Shown here: positions 35,332-43,884 of the stretch, in pieces
How the letters are laid out: every line of letters begins with the position of its first letter
Numbering within the stretch: the stretch's first letter is position 1
Assembly (NCBI GenBank): GCA_040387015.1
Contig: JAZKEP010000183.1
Location: 1-56,269 of the forward strand
Origin: Bacteroidota bacterium
GTDB taxonomy: Bacteria > Bacteroidota > Bacteroidia > Chitinophagales > LD1
Length of the DNA stretch: 56,269 nt
Direction: 5' to 3'
Program-made: the position numbers and the translations under genes
Notes under the pieces: generated by a model
What the model saw: only the letters and a program-made list of their open reading frames with translations
The model's database searches: none
Told to the model about the DNA's origin: nothing

Positions 35332-35951
35332 GAAGTATGAAAACGATTTTCATAGTCAACGGCACTTCTTCGAATTACTTCTAAAGCCTCTTCGCGTCCG
35401 TAAGCGGAGGCAATTTCTATTTTTCTCTTATCGGTAGAGCCCGGCAAATCTTTATAGGTAAGAAAATAGTGCTTCAGACGGTTAACGATAGATTCATTCA
35501 GTTCGCTCAAATCAGTGTACTTGCCATATACCGCATCGTCCTTCATCACAGCAATAATTTTATCATCAGCCTCATTTCTATCAATCATCCTAAAGCCGCC
35601 AATAGGAATTGCCTGAACGAGAATTCCTCCGTTGCGAATATTTTTTTCTTCCAGCACAAGAATGTCCATCGGGTCCTGATCGCCCTGAATATTTTGCTTT
35701 CCTGTTTTCTCCATACAAAATTTCCCAACTTCTGTATCACACAAAGTTTGGGGAATAAAACCATAAAGAGCTGGAACTACGTTAGAGTAAAGTTGAGCTC
35801 GATCTACTTTCAACCAACCGCTTTGTTTGTCAATTTCGTACTTTACAGTATCGGCAGGAACAATCTCAATAAATGCCGTTAACACCTTAGGGAAATTTTC
35901 TCCCGGATCTATACCATGCCAGGGATGTGATTTGTAAATAAGCGAATTCAT
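35328..35951 (-). CDS. ppa: inorganic pyrophosphatase (family I)
   Basis: 207-aa ORF with HPWHGI, YEIDK, YGFIPQT and the DQDPMDILVL metal-binding motifs. It overlaps the downstream tlpA-like start by 4 nt. Confidence 0.85.
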   Translation of the reverse strand: MNSLIYKSHPWHGIDPGENFPKVLTAFIEIVPADTVKYEIDKQSGWLKVDRAQLYSNVVPALYGFIPQTLCDTEVGKFCMEKTGKQNIQGDQDPMDILVLEEKNIRNGGILVQAIPIGGFRMIDRNEADDKIIAVMKDDAVYGKYTDLSELNESIVNRLKHYFLTYKDLPGSTDKRKIEIASAYGREEALEVIRRSAVDYENRFHTS

Positions 35952-35994
35952 TTGCTTTTGGGATTTCGAAATTTGAATTAGGAATGTATTTTAT

Positions 35995-36783
35995 CTACCA
36001 ACTGCCGCTTGAGCCGCCACCGCTAAAACCACCACCACCAAACCCTCCAAATCCTCCACCACCACTGCCACCGCCAAAGCCGCCACCGCCACCACCCCAA
36101 ATTACAGGACCGCCACCCCAACTATTTAAACCCCTTCTGCTGTAAGTGGTACCACCTCTGTTTCTGAAAAACATTGGTAGAATAAAAAATATTATAAAGA
36201 TGATGAGCAGAATAACCCAAAATGGAATTTTTTTCTTGTCATTTTCCTTATCATTCACATACATTCCCGATAAACGGGCCATTATTTCATCGGTAGCTTC
36301 ATTAAAGCCACTATAGAAATTACCCTGCTTAAAATTCGGAATCAGTTTATTTTTAATAATGCGGTCACTGAGGATTGAACCGAGTTTTTCCTCTACACCA
36401 TAACCGGTTCGTATAGTTACTTTGCGTTCCTGCTTCGCCATTAAAATCATTACCCCGTTATGGTTTTCCTTTGAGCCTACCCCCCATTTTTCTCCTAACT
36501 CAGCGGCATAACTCCCTACTTCAGCACCTTGTAAACTTTCAACAGTTACAATAGCAATCTGTGTAGAAGTAGAATCGTCATACGCTACCAGCTTGTTTTC
36601 GAGGCTTTGTCTTTCTGATGAAGAAAGGATACCGGCAAAATCATTTACTAAACGTGGTGGATTAGCTTGCTCCGGAAAAGTTTGTCCAACGGCTATGATC
36701 CAAGAGCCAAAAACCAGCACGCAGGAAAGAATAAACGTCATCTTATATTTGAGCTCACCCCTCTTATCCCTCACTGATTTCAT
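35995..36783 (-). CDS. TPM domain protein (YgcG-like) with Gly-rich C-terminal tail
   Basis: 262-aa ORF with a signal/anchor, a TPM-phosphatase-like domain (VNDFAGILS...STQIAIVTV), a TM helix and a GGGGFGGG tail. Confidence 0.75.
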   Translation of the reverse strand: MKSVRDKRGELKYKMTFILSCVLVFGSWIIAVGQTFPEQANPPRLVNDFAGILSSSERQSLENKLVAYDDSTSTQIAIVTVESLQGAEVGSYAAELGEKWGVGSKENHNGVMILMAKQERKVTIRTGYGVEEKLGSILSDRIIKNKLIPNFKQGNFYSGFNEATDEIMARLSGMYVNDKENDKKKIPFWVILLIIFIIFFILPMFFRNRGGTTYSRRGLNSWGGGPVIWGGGGGGFGGGSGGGGFGGFGGGGFSGGGSSGSW

Positions 36784-37204
36784 TTGTCAACTCATTTTTG
36801 TCGTTATCCTTCAAAGGGAAATACTGCTTTAGATGAAACCCGGTTTCGCGGATAGCGAAAACAACCCCGTCATAAAATTCACCTCGCATGAAATGTCCAT
36901 GCATCACTTCCTTAATTCCATCCCAGAAATTAGCGGGTACCACTTCATTTATTCCTTTATCACCGATAATTGCAAACTTGTGGTCGTCCTGTGCTATATA
37001 TATCAGCACTCCGTTTAAATCCACTGTTTCATTCATCTTTAACTGAAAAAAAATCTCCGTCGCCCTGTTGAGCACATTTTCTGTTCTGCATTTTCCTTCT
37101 GTATGGAGTCGAATTTCTCCGGATGTCATTGCTTCGGCATCAGCGATTGCCTGCACAATCGCTTTCTTTTCGGTATCGGTAAAAAAAGATTTTTTAGAAA
37201 GCAT
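36764..37204 (-). CDS. TPM domain protein
   Basis: 146-aa ORF with SGEIRLHTEG, LIYIAQDDHKFAIIGDKGI and the classic LemA-TPM-TPM gene order. Confidence 0.75.
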   Translation of the reverse strand: MLSKKSFFTDTEKKAIVQAIADAEAMTSGEIRLHTEGKCRTENVLNRATEIFFQLKMNETVDLNGVLIYIAQDDHKFAIIGDKGINEVVPANFWDGIKEVMHGHFMRGEFYDGVVFAIRETGFHLKQYFPLKDNDKNELTNEISEG

Positions 37205-37259
37205 TAGCTGGTTATTAATGACTATCAGTGAATGGCAATCGCCACTATACTTAACATCA

Positions 37260-37838
37260 TCAGAATTTTACGGTTGGAACTTTCTCTGTTCCTATATCTG
37301 CCTTGAAATAACCTTTCGGAGTAAAACCAAACATTTTAGCAGTAATCAAAGCCGGAAAAGTTGAGATGTTCGCGTTATAAGAATTTACTAGGTCGTTGAA
37401 TTTTTTGCGCTCAAAAGCAATTTTATCCTCAGTGCTCGCCAGTTCAACGCGAAGCTCCGAATATCCCTGCACGGCCTGAAGTTCAGGATATGCTTCAACA
37501 GTAGCGAGTAAACGCGATAAACTTCCGCTCAACTGACTTTGCGCTGCTTGATATCTTGCTATGTCTTCATCTGAAAGGTTACTGGGATCTAACTTAATAC
37601 TGGTAGCTGATGCACGAGCTTCTACCACTTTTTGTAATGTTTCCTGCTCATATTTACCTCCGGCTTTTACTGTTTCAACTAAGTTAGGGATTAAATCTGC
37701 TCTCCGCTGATAGGCTGCTTCAACATTCGCCCATTGTGCAGTTACCGCTTCCCGTTTCTCTACCAATGTATTATAACTGCAGCTTGAAAGGGAAGAGGCA
37801 ATTACTAAGCCGATAAAAAGTCTAAACATATTTTTCAT
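37260..37838 (-). CDS. lemA: LemA family protein
   Basis: 192-aa ORF with a lipoprotein-like N-terminus. WANVEAAYQRRADLIPNLVETVK and YNANISTFPALITAKMFGF are LemA hallmarks. Confidence 0.85.
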   Translation of the reverse strand: MKNMFRLFIGLVIASSLSSCSYNTLVEKREAVTAQWANVEAAYQRRADLIPNLVETVKAGGKYEQETLQKVVEARASATSIKLDPSNLSDEDIARYQAAQSQLSGSLSRLLATVEAYPELQAVQGYSELRVELASTEDKIAFERKKFNDLVNSYNANISTFPALITAKMFGFTPKGYFKADIGTEKVPTVKF

Positions 37839-37926
37839 AGGATAAGATTTTGATTTTGGATAAAGGTAAAAAGTTTTAGTTCGAAGCTACGATTTCAGAG
37901 TTTGACGAATGAAGTCTATCTGTATT

Positions 37927-38391
37927 TTACTTCTTCAGAATGCTTATTTGTGCAGAGTGGTAGATATCGTGATGAACGCAACCATGAATTATCACATACC
38001 AATTAAATTTCTTACCCGGAACCAGTTCATCAAGTTTTTCTTCAGGAAAATTTTCAAAAGCCTTCCCTAACTCAGTTTGATTAGCTTCTAATTCTTCCAA
38101 TGCCCTTTTCCAGCTTACCTCGCTTTGTTCATACTGTACTATCCAATCGGTTTCGGAATTTAACTCAACCGAATAGGAAGTGTTCCCCTTTAAATGCTCG
38201 ATTACAAATTTACGCCAGCAGCACATGTGTTTCACTAACTCATAAACATTATGCGAACTATTGCCGGATTTTTGAAAAGCTTTCTCCCATGTAATACCTT
38301 CAAGAATCTCTTTTAAATCTCCGCCATGCCACATGGGCCCTTCCCAGTTTCGTTTTAATAACTTCTGAATTCGGCCGGTTTCTGTATTCAT
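37927..38391 (-). CDS. DinB family protein
   Basis: 154-aa ORF with a four-helix pattern and conserved His residues (LVKHMCCW, HGCVHHDIYHSAQI). Confidence 0.7.
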   Translation of the reverse strand: MNTETGRIQKLLKRNWEGPMWHGGDLKEILEGITWEKAFQKSGNSSHNVYELVKHMCCWRKFVIEHLKGNTSYSVELNSETDWIVQYEQSEVSWKRALEELEANQTELGKAFENFPEEKLDELVPGKKFNWYVIIHGCVHHDIYHSAQISILKK

Positions 38392-38446
38392 ACAAATGGA
38401 TTATGTAATGTTTTAAAATAAGAAGAGTAAAATAATTTGCTGTTTT

Positions 38447-38454
38447 TATGTTTG
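38447..38454 (+). promoter_or_regulatory. TAnnTTTG -7 box candidate (TATGTTTG) for serC, leaderless geometry
   Basis: A perfect match ending 4 nt before the serC ATG (38459). Confidence 0.35.
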
Positions 38455-38458
38455 CAGT

Positions 38459-39535
38459 ATGAAGAAAATAAATTTCTACAGTGGGCCTGCTATTTTACCA
38501 GAGGAAGTAATGCTTCAGGCGCAGGATGGAATAAGAGATTTTGCAGGTACCGGCTTGAGTATTCTTGAAATCTCGCACCGCAGCAAAGAATTTGTAAAAG
38601 TGATGGACGAAGCTATAGCATTAGTAAAAGAGCTGATGCAGCTGAATAGCGATAGGGAAGTTATGTTTTTACAAGGAGGGGGCTCTTCGCAGTTTTTTAT
38701 GGTGCCAATGAATTTGTTGAACGAAGATGAAACAGCTGCATACATTGATACGGGTCAATGGGCGCACAATGCGATAGAGGAAGCAAAAAATTTCGGGAAG
38801 ATTCATATAGCCGGATCGTCCCGTGAAGGGGGATACACGCATGTTCCTAAAAATCTGGATTTTCCCTTATCTACAAAGTATCTCCATCTGACTACTAACA
38901 ATACTGTTTACGGAACACAGTTGATGACAGATTATCTAACAGCTTTGCCGTCTTCAATTCCATTGGTTGCTGATATGAGCAGTGATATTTTTTCTCGCAA
39001 GCTTGACTTCAATCGTTTCGATTTGATTTATGCGGGAGCACAAAAGAATTTCGGATGTGCGGGAACTACTTTAGTAGTTGTGAACAAAAATATTCTAGGA
39101 ACGACTAAACGGAAAACTCCAAAGATGCTTGACTATCGGGTTCATATAGATAAACAGAGCATGCATAATACTCCTTCGGTCTTTGCCGTATATGTTTCCT
39201 ATCTAACATTAAAATGGATTAAGAAGAATGGGTTGAAAGCATTGGAAGAGAAAAACATTCGCAATGCGAAGACCCTATACGATGCGATTGATGCAAGCAA
39301 TTTATTTGAAGGAATGGTGGCAAAGGAAGATCGTTCACTAATGAACGTATGTTTTAAAATGAAAGAAAAAACTTTGGAAGATAAATTCCTTGCCTTTACA
39401 GCCGAACAAAATGTGGTTGGTATTAAAGGATACCGTACCGTGGGTGGTTTTCGCGCTTCTATCTACAATGCTATGCCTGAGCGTGGGGTGGATGTATTGG
39501 TGGAGGCAATAAAAGGTTTTGAAACTGCAAACTAA
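38459..39535 (+). CDS. serC: phosphoserine aminotransferase
   Basis: 358-aa ORF with INFYSGPAILPEEV, EISHRSKEF and GAQKNFGCAGTT (the PLP lysine context), ending in GGFRASIYNAMP. Confidence 0.9.
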   Translation: MKKINFYSGPAILPEEVMLQAQDGIRDFAGTGLSILEISHRSKEFVKVMDEAIALVKELMQLNSDREVMFLQGGGSSQFFMVPMNLLNEDETAAYIDTGQWAHNAIEEAKNFGKIHIAGSSREGGYTHVPKNLDFPLSTKYLHLTTNNTVYGTQLMTDYLTALPSSIPLVADMSSDIFSRKLDFNRFDLIYAGAQKNFGCAGTTLVVVNKNILGTTKRKTPKMLDYRVHIDKQSMHNTPSVFAVYVSYLTLKWIKKNGLKALEEKNIRNAKTLYDAIDASNLFEGMVAKEDRSLMNVCFKMKEKTLEDKFLAFTAEQNVVGIKGYRTVGGFRASIYNAMPERGVDVLVEAIKGFETAN

Positions 39536-39946
39536 ATTATTAGTCAAGAGCTGCTGATTCTTTACGCTGAAAGTAACTGAACTACTGCTCTGTGTTTTTA
39601 CTAACGTTCCTCATATCTTCGACTTTCCTTAAGGCAAAAACATTAGACTTTTTACTGATAAATCCCGTGCCGCCTCCATATAATCTCTTTTAGGGCTCTG
39701 TTATTGACAGTTGTATCACCACAGCATACTCTCTCCAAGATATTAGATTGTATGTATTGAAATCAAGCGTTGAGAAAATTTCACAGAAATATAGTCACAT
39801 CGAATCTTAAAAAATTATGCCCTAGTGTATTAAGTTCTTTGCTCCTGGAAATTTATAGAATTACGGAGGAATACAAAACATATACCTCATTTTAGTCTAG
39901 TTTTAGATGCCTTGTTGGTACAAAAGCATTCATTATTATTACTGGG

Positions 39947-40885
39947 ATGAAGTCTATACTAAATTGGCTTAGGGTATTATTATTTTTCCCGTTGCTCTAT
40001 TTTTTGTTCCGTGAAGTACGTTTTCAGCAGATACAAGTTGCCTTACAGCATGTGGATTGGTGGTTGTTGCTACTGGCTTTTTTCCTCTACAGTTTGAAAT
40101 ATACCTTGCAAGGTCTAAGATGGTACAACGCTGCACTCGCTCACGGCCTTCATTATCCTGTTTTGTTTTTTGTAAAAACACAGTTTGAAATTGCTTTTCT
40201 TGAAATGTTATTGCCTATTCCCGACTCCGAAGATGCTCTGAGGATTATAAAACTACGCGGACAGTCGGTGAATGTTGCTAACAGTGTAGCGGTTACATTA
40301 TTCGACCGTGTCATGGGTGTATTATTTATACTAATGCTGCTTCCTTTCACCGGTTGGCTGATGGCAGCTATTTTATTCAAACACATCAAAATCAGCTATA
40401 TAGGAATCGTTATCGGTTTTATTCCGCTATTTCTCTTTGCTCTCAACTACCGAAAAATTATCGCTTTTATGTTAGCGCTAATTGAGAGATTTACCGAATT
40501 GAATCATTCCTTTTTCGAAAATCTAAAACTAAGCATGGTTCAAAAAATAGAACTTCGGTACCGTTTATACGGTTTGCTAGGAACAATTACGTTCGGATTA
40601 GCAGGGGCTTTTTGTATATGGTTGCTTGTTCATTCGTTAGGGGCCAAAGTATCTTTTATTTCGTTGCTGCTATGTATTCCCTTCTTCCAAGGGCTCGGAT
40701 TGTATGAATCAACATTGGTTTTCGTGTTGCAGCAAATGGGGATAGGTAACGAGATCGCTGTAGTGGCAGGCACTCTCCATTTCCTGTTTCACGTTATAAT
40801 AATTTTAGCCGGAGGTGGAGTCTTTATGACTAATCCGTTAAAAACAGATATCTCCTTACCAAACTTTATTACAAAAAGACTGTAA
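39947..40885 (+). CDS. flippase-like UPF0104 (lysylphosphatidylglycerol-synthase TM region family) membrane protein
   Basis: 312-aa ORF with about 8 TM helices. LQGLRWYNAALAHGL...FLEMLLPIPDSEDALRI resembles the conserved RW...G...P-x-x-G/S-E/D-x-x-R core of this family. Confidence 0.65.
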   Translation: MKSILNWLRVLLFFPLLYFLFREVRFQQIQVALQHVDWWLLLLAFFLYSLKYTLQGLRWYNAALAHGLHYPVLFFVKTQFEIAFLEMLLPIPDSEDALRIIKLRGQSVNVANSVAVTLFDRVMGVLFILMLLPFTGWLMAAILFKHIKISYIGIVIGFIPLFLFALNYRKIIAFMLALIERFTELNHSFFENLKLSMVQKIELRYRLYGLLGTITFGLAGAFCIWLLVHSLGAKVSFISLLLCIPFFQGLGLYESTLVFVLQQMGIGNEIAVVAGTLHFLFHVIIILAGGGVFMTNPLKTDISLPNFITKRL

Positions 40886-40969
40886 TCCACACATCCTCTT
40901 ACTGATTAATAGTACAGCTCACATTGCAATACTCTTCGAATAATGATTTATTTGCACCAAAACATTCCT

Positions 40970-41344
40970 ATGAAATATATGTTGAGTGCATGCCTATTGG
41001 GTTTACTATTGAGCGGATGTAAAGCACCCGAAAAAGTAATTTGCAATAAGTGGCAAATTGTCAATATAACTTTCGATGGCGATATTCCGGTGAAAGATAA
41101 GGAGGATCTTCGAAAAAATTTTATGGCACAAAAAACCATACTGTTTAACTCAGATCATACAATGCAAATTGGAAATGAAGAGCCAAAAAAATGGAGGCTA
41201 TCTGTAAAAGCGGATACTTTATTTTTTCAGGAAAAAGACATTGAAACTGTAACATTGATTCGGAAATTAAGCACCCGTAAATCTAAACTTGAATGTCCTG
41301 GCAAGAACAGATCCTACTCCGTACATTTAAGTGCGGTTAAATAA
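40970..41344 (+). CDS. hypothetical lipoprotein
   Basis: Start chosen at MKYMLSACLLGLLLSGCKAP (lipobox LSGC). No other motif. Confidence 0.5.
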   Translation: MKYMLSACLLGLLLSGCKAPEKVICNKWQIVNITFDGDIPVKDKEDLRKNFMAQKTILFNSDHTMQIGNEEPKKWRLSVKADTLFFQEKDIETVTLIRKLSTRKSKLECPGKNRSYSVHLSAVK

Positions 41345-41398
41345 TATTGCCATTAGGATTAAAGGAACTTGTTCATATCCCTCTCCTAACTATACTCC

Positions 41399-42304
41399 AT
41401 GAGGTTAAAATTATCTTTTGCATGTATACTACTTATTATTTCGGTGGCTGCCGTATGGGTCAATTATTCTCCCTTACCTCGTTATAAAATAAAATCACCT
41501 ATAGTTTCCGAAGAGTTTACCGCTTTACATAAAGCCGAAGGCAAACGCATAGTCCTTAGCATTTGTATTCATTGTCACTTAAATAGTCAAACCGGAACAC
41601 TTGCCGGAAAACAGCATGGTAATCCAAGACGATTGGGCGATTTCAATTCAGGGAATATTACTCAAGACTCAGCCACAGGGATCGGAAAATGGAATGCTTC
41701 GCAGTTATACTATTTTTTGAAAACCGGCATCAAACCAGACGGTGATTATGTGTTTGACATGCCTAAATATCCTAATCTCAGTGAAGAAGATATAATAAGC
41801 ATAATCGCGTTTTTAAAAAGTGATGATACTTTGGTGCGAAAAACATATCTTCTAAATCCCAAACCCCGGTTTTCGTTTCTTACAAAACTTCTTTTACATA
41901 CTGCTCTTCAGCCACCCATATTAGAAGATAAAACTGTCTCCTCACCTGATACTAATAACCAAATAGCCTTCGGAAAATACTTGGCTACCGCGAAGTTCAG
42001 TTGTTATGAATGTCACAGCCTAAATACCGTTACTAATAACTACAATCAACCCGAAAAAAGTTGGGGATTTTTTAAAGGTGGTAACCCGCATGTAAATGAG
42101 GATCGTGAAAAAATTTATACCCCCAACATCTCTGGAGATACACTTGAAGGAATCGGTAAATGGAGTGAAGAAGAATTTAAGCGTACAATAAAAAATGGAA
42201 TTAAACCGGATGGAACTACTATCCGAGACCCAATGTTCCCATTTTACTTACTCAGTGATAAAGAAGTGAGGTCAATATTTGCGTACTTAAAAAGCGTGGA
42301 ATAA
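41399..42304 (+). CDS. membrane-anchored dihaem c-type cytochrome
   Basis: 301-aa ORF with an N-terminal hydrophobic anchor and two CxxCH motifs (CIHCH and CYECH). Each lies in a ~130-aa repeat ending in IKPDG...M(P/F)...L(S)(E/D)(E/K)(D/E)...I..(F/Y)LKS. Confidence 0.8.
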   Translation: MRLKLSFACILLIISVAAVWVNYSPLPRYKIKSPIVSEEFTALHKAEGKRIVLSICIHCHLNSQTGTLAGKQHGNPRRLGDFNSGNITQDSATGIGKWNASQLYYFLKTGIKPDGDYVFDMPKYPNLSEEDIISIIAFLKSDDTLVRKTYLLNPKPRFSFLTKLLLHTALQPPILEDKTVSSPDTNNQIAFGKYLATAKFSCYECHSLNTVTNNYNQPEKSWGFFKGGNPHVNEDREKIYTPNISGDTLEGIGKWSEEEFKRTIKNGIKPDGTTIRDPMFPFYLLSDKEVRSIFAYLKSVE

Positions 42305-42349
42305 ACCCCCGATAGAAACCATTGTGTAATTCTTATTTTTGATTTCAAA

Positions 42350-42556
42350 ATGCCAAACAAATCAGAAAATGTATTCGGGAAATTGGTGGTAGAATTTGTA
42401 TGGGTGGTGGTGGTATTTGTAGTAGTCATTAACATTGCCTTTTTCAAAAAACCACTCAATCTCTATGCCTACACACTTAGCATTAAACTGTTGCTGAGCA
42501 TCACTGTGATTTTATTGTTTTTAAAAGCCTTATGGAGACAGAACAAATTGCACTAA
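42350..42556 (+). CDS. possible small two-helix membrane protein
   Basis: 68-aa ORF with two hydrophobic stretches. It overlaps the next start by 25 nt and could be spurious. Confidence 0.3.
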   Translation: MPNKSENVFGKLVVEFVWVVVVFVVVINIAFFKKPLNLYAYTLSIKLLLSITVILLFLKALWRQNKLH

Positions 42557-43809
42557 CCGCTCGGGCTCTTTATGGCTTTCACTTAACCGTACATTATCTG
42601 TTTGCGGATGTGCCTATAGGATTATCAACCATAGGTGTTATACTAAGTGTCGTTAATCTGATATATAAAAATAACAGCGAAGAGATCCGTGAGAAATATT
42701 TGCAGTTATTTTTAGTGTCTTGGATATTAGCTGCTACTTCCGCCCTTGTGTATGAATTGGAGTACCGGCATAACTGGTTGGGGGTGGATGAAATACTAAC
42801 AGAATTTTACAAGCGACCTTGGATTACCGACATTCCCATGCTGGGATTTTTTCTTACTGGCATTATTCTGATTGTTTGTTTTAAGCGGAAGCTATGGATC
42901 AATGACAAGGCGTTCTTGAGCCTCAATTTGTTTCTTTTTATTTCAGCAATTACTACCAATTTGTGGGCAATTACCCTTAATACTCTAATGCAACTCCCCG
43001 AAGGCATCAGCTATTCCAATGGTTACCTCCAATTAGATTCAGGGCTCAGCCCACTCGTGTTTTCAAGGTATAATCTTCTAAGGTTACTTCACATAATCGG
43101 TTCTGCCACTATAAAAGCAGGTATCATGATTGGATTAACAGTAGCCATTGACCGCAAAAGGATGTTGCCTGAATATTTATCCTACCACCGGTTTATGCTA
43201 AAAACAGTGTTGCTGTTTATTGTAATTACAGGTATATCAGGCCACTTTAAAGTGTTAGTGATTGCAGAAAAGAGAGTACATACCTTTTTAATGATGGAGG
43301 GAATAAAAGATACTTCAACAAAATCAAATATATGTTTGTTCTGTTTGCCGGATAAGGAGAAGAATATACAAGGTTGGTCCATTAAAAACGGAATGAGATA
43401 TCTTATGCCAGCGAAACTATATGAAGGACTGGACCAAAATATAGGAACCGAACCCTATAATAATTATGGGGAAAGCATATTTACAAGTTACCATGTTATG
43501 CTTTGGGGATGGCTCATGCTATCCGTTTCGGTTGTGTTAGCATTGTTCTTGAAGAATCCATCTATTTATCTACACCTATTTATGTTAGGTACCGCATTAA
43601 TAAGTATTTTATGTGGCTGGTATGTTGCAGAGTTGGGAAGACAACCTTGGGCATTTTGGGGAATAGTAAAAGTAAACGAACTAATTACTCCCGGACTTAC
43701 TTCCGAACATTTGTATCTGAGTAAACTCGTTACTGTAGTTAACACATTCGTTTTATTCATAATGGCCATATTTGCGACAATTTTTGTCATCAAGCCTTTG
43801 AGGAAATAA
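42532..43809 (+). CDS. cytochrome bd oxidase subunit I (CydA)-like protein, divergent, short Q-loop
   Basis: 425-aa ORF aligned by eye to E. coli CydA. LTVHYLF matches the His19 region, LLHIIGS the His186 region and YHVML the Met393 region. GWYVAELGRQPWAF matches the conserved GRQPW motif. Confidence 0.65.
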   Translation: METEQIALTARALYGFHLTVHYLFADVPIGLSTIGVILSVVNLIYKNNSEEIREKYLQLFLVSWILAATSALVYELEYRHNWLGVDEILTEFYKRPWITDIPMLGFFLTGIILIVCFKRKLWINDKAFLSLNLFLFISAITTNLWAITLNTLMQLPEGISYSNGYLQLDSGLSPLVFSRYNLLRLLHIIGSATIKAGIMIGLTVAIDRKRMLPEYLSYHRFMLKTVLLFIVITGISGHFKVLVIAEKRVHTFLMMEGIKDTSTKSNICLFCLPDKEKNIQGWSIKNGMRYLMPAKLYEGLDQNIGTEPYNNYGESIFTSYHVMLWGWLMLSVSVVLALFLKNPSIYLHLFMLGTALISILCGWYVAELGRQPWAFWGIVKVNELITPGLTSEHLYLSKLVTVVNTFVLFIMAIFATIFVIKPLRK

Positions 43810-43884
43810 TGAAATTCCATAGAAAATATTTTGCAGACACGAATCCAAGAGCCTTACTACTGAATTGTCAAACCAACAATCAAA

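Noticed and set aside
39536-39946. Invertible-promoter or att-site-type inverted or direct repeats at the left boundary of the accessory cluster
   Set aside because: I found no inverted or direct repeat of 10 nt or more by eye, and there is no recombinase or integrase gene nearby. Mobility of the cluster is therefore unsupported.
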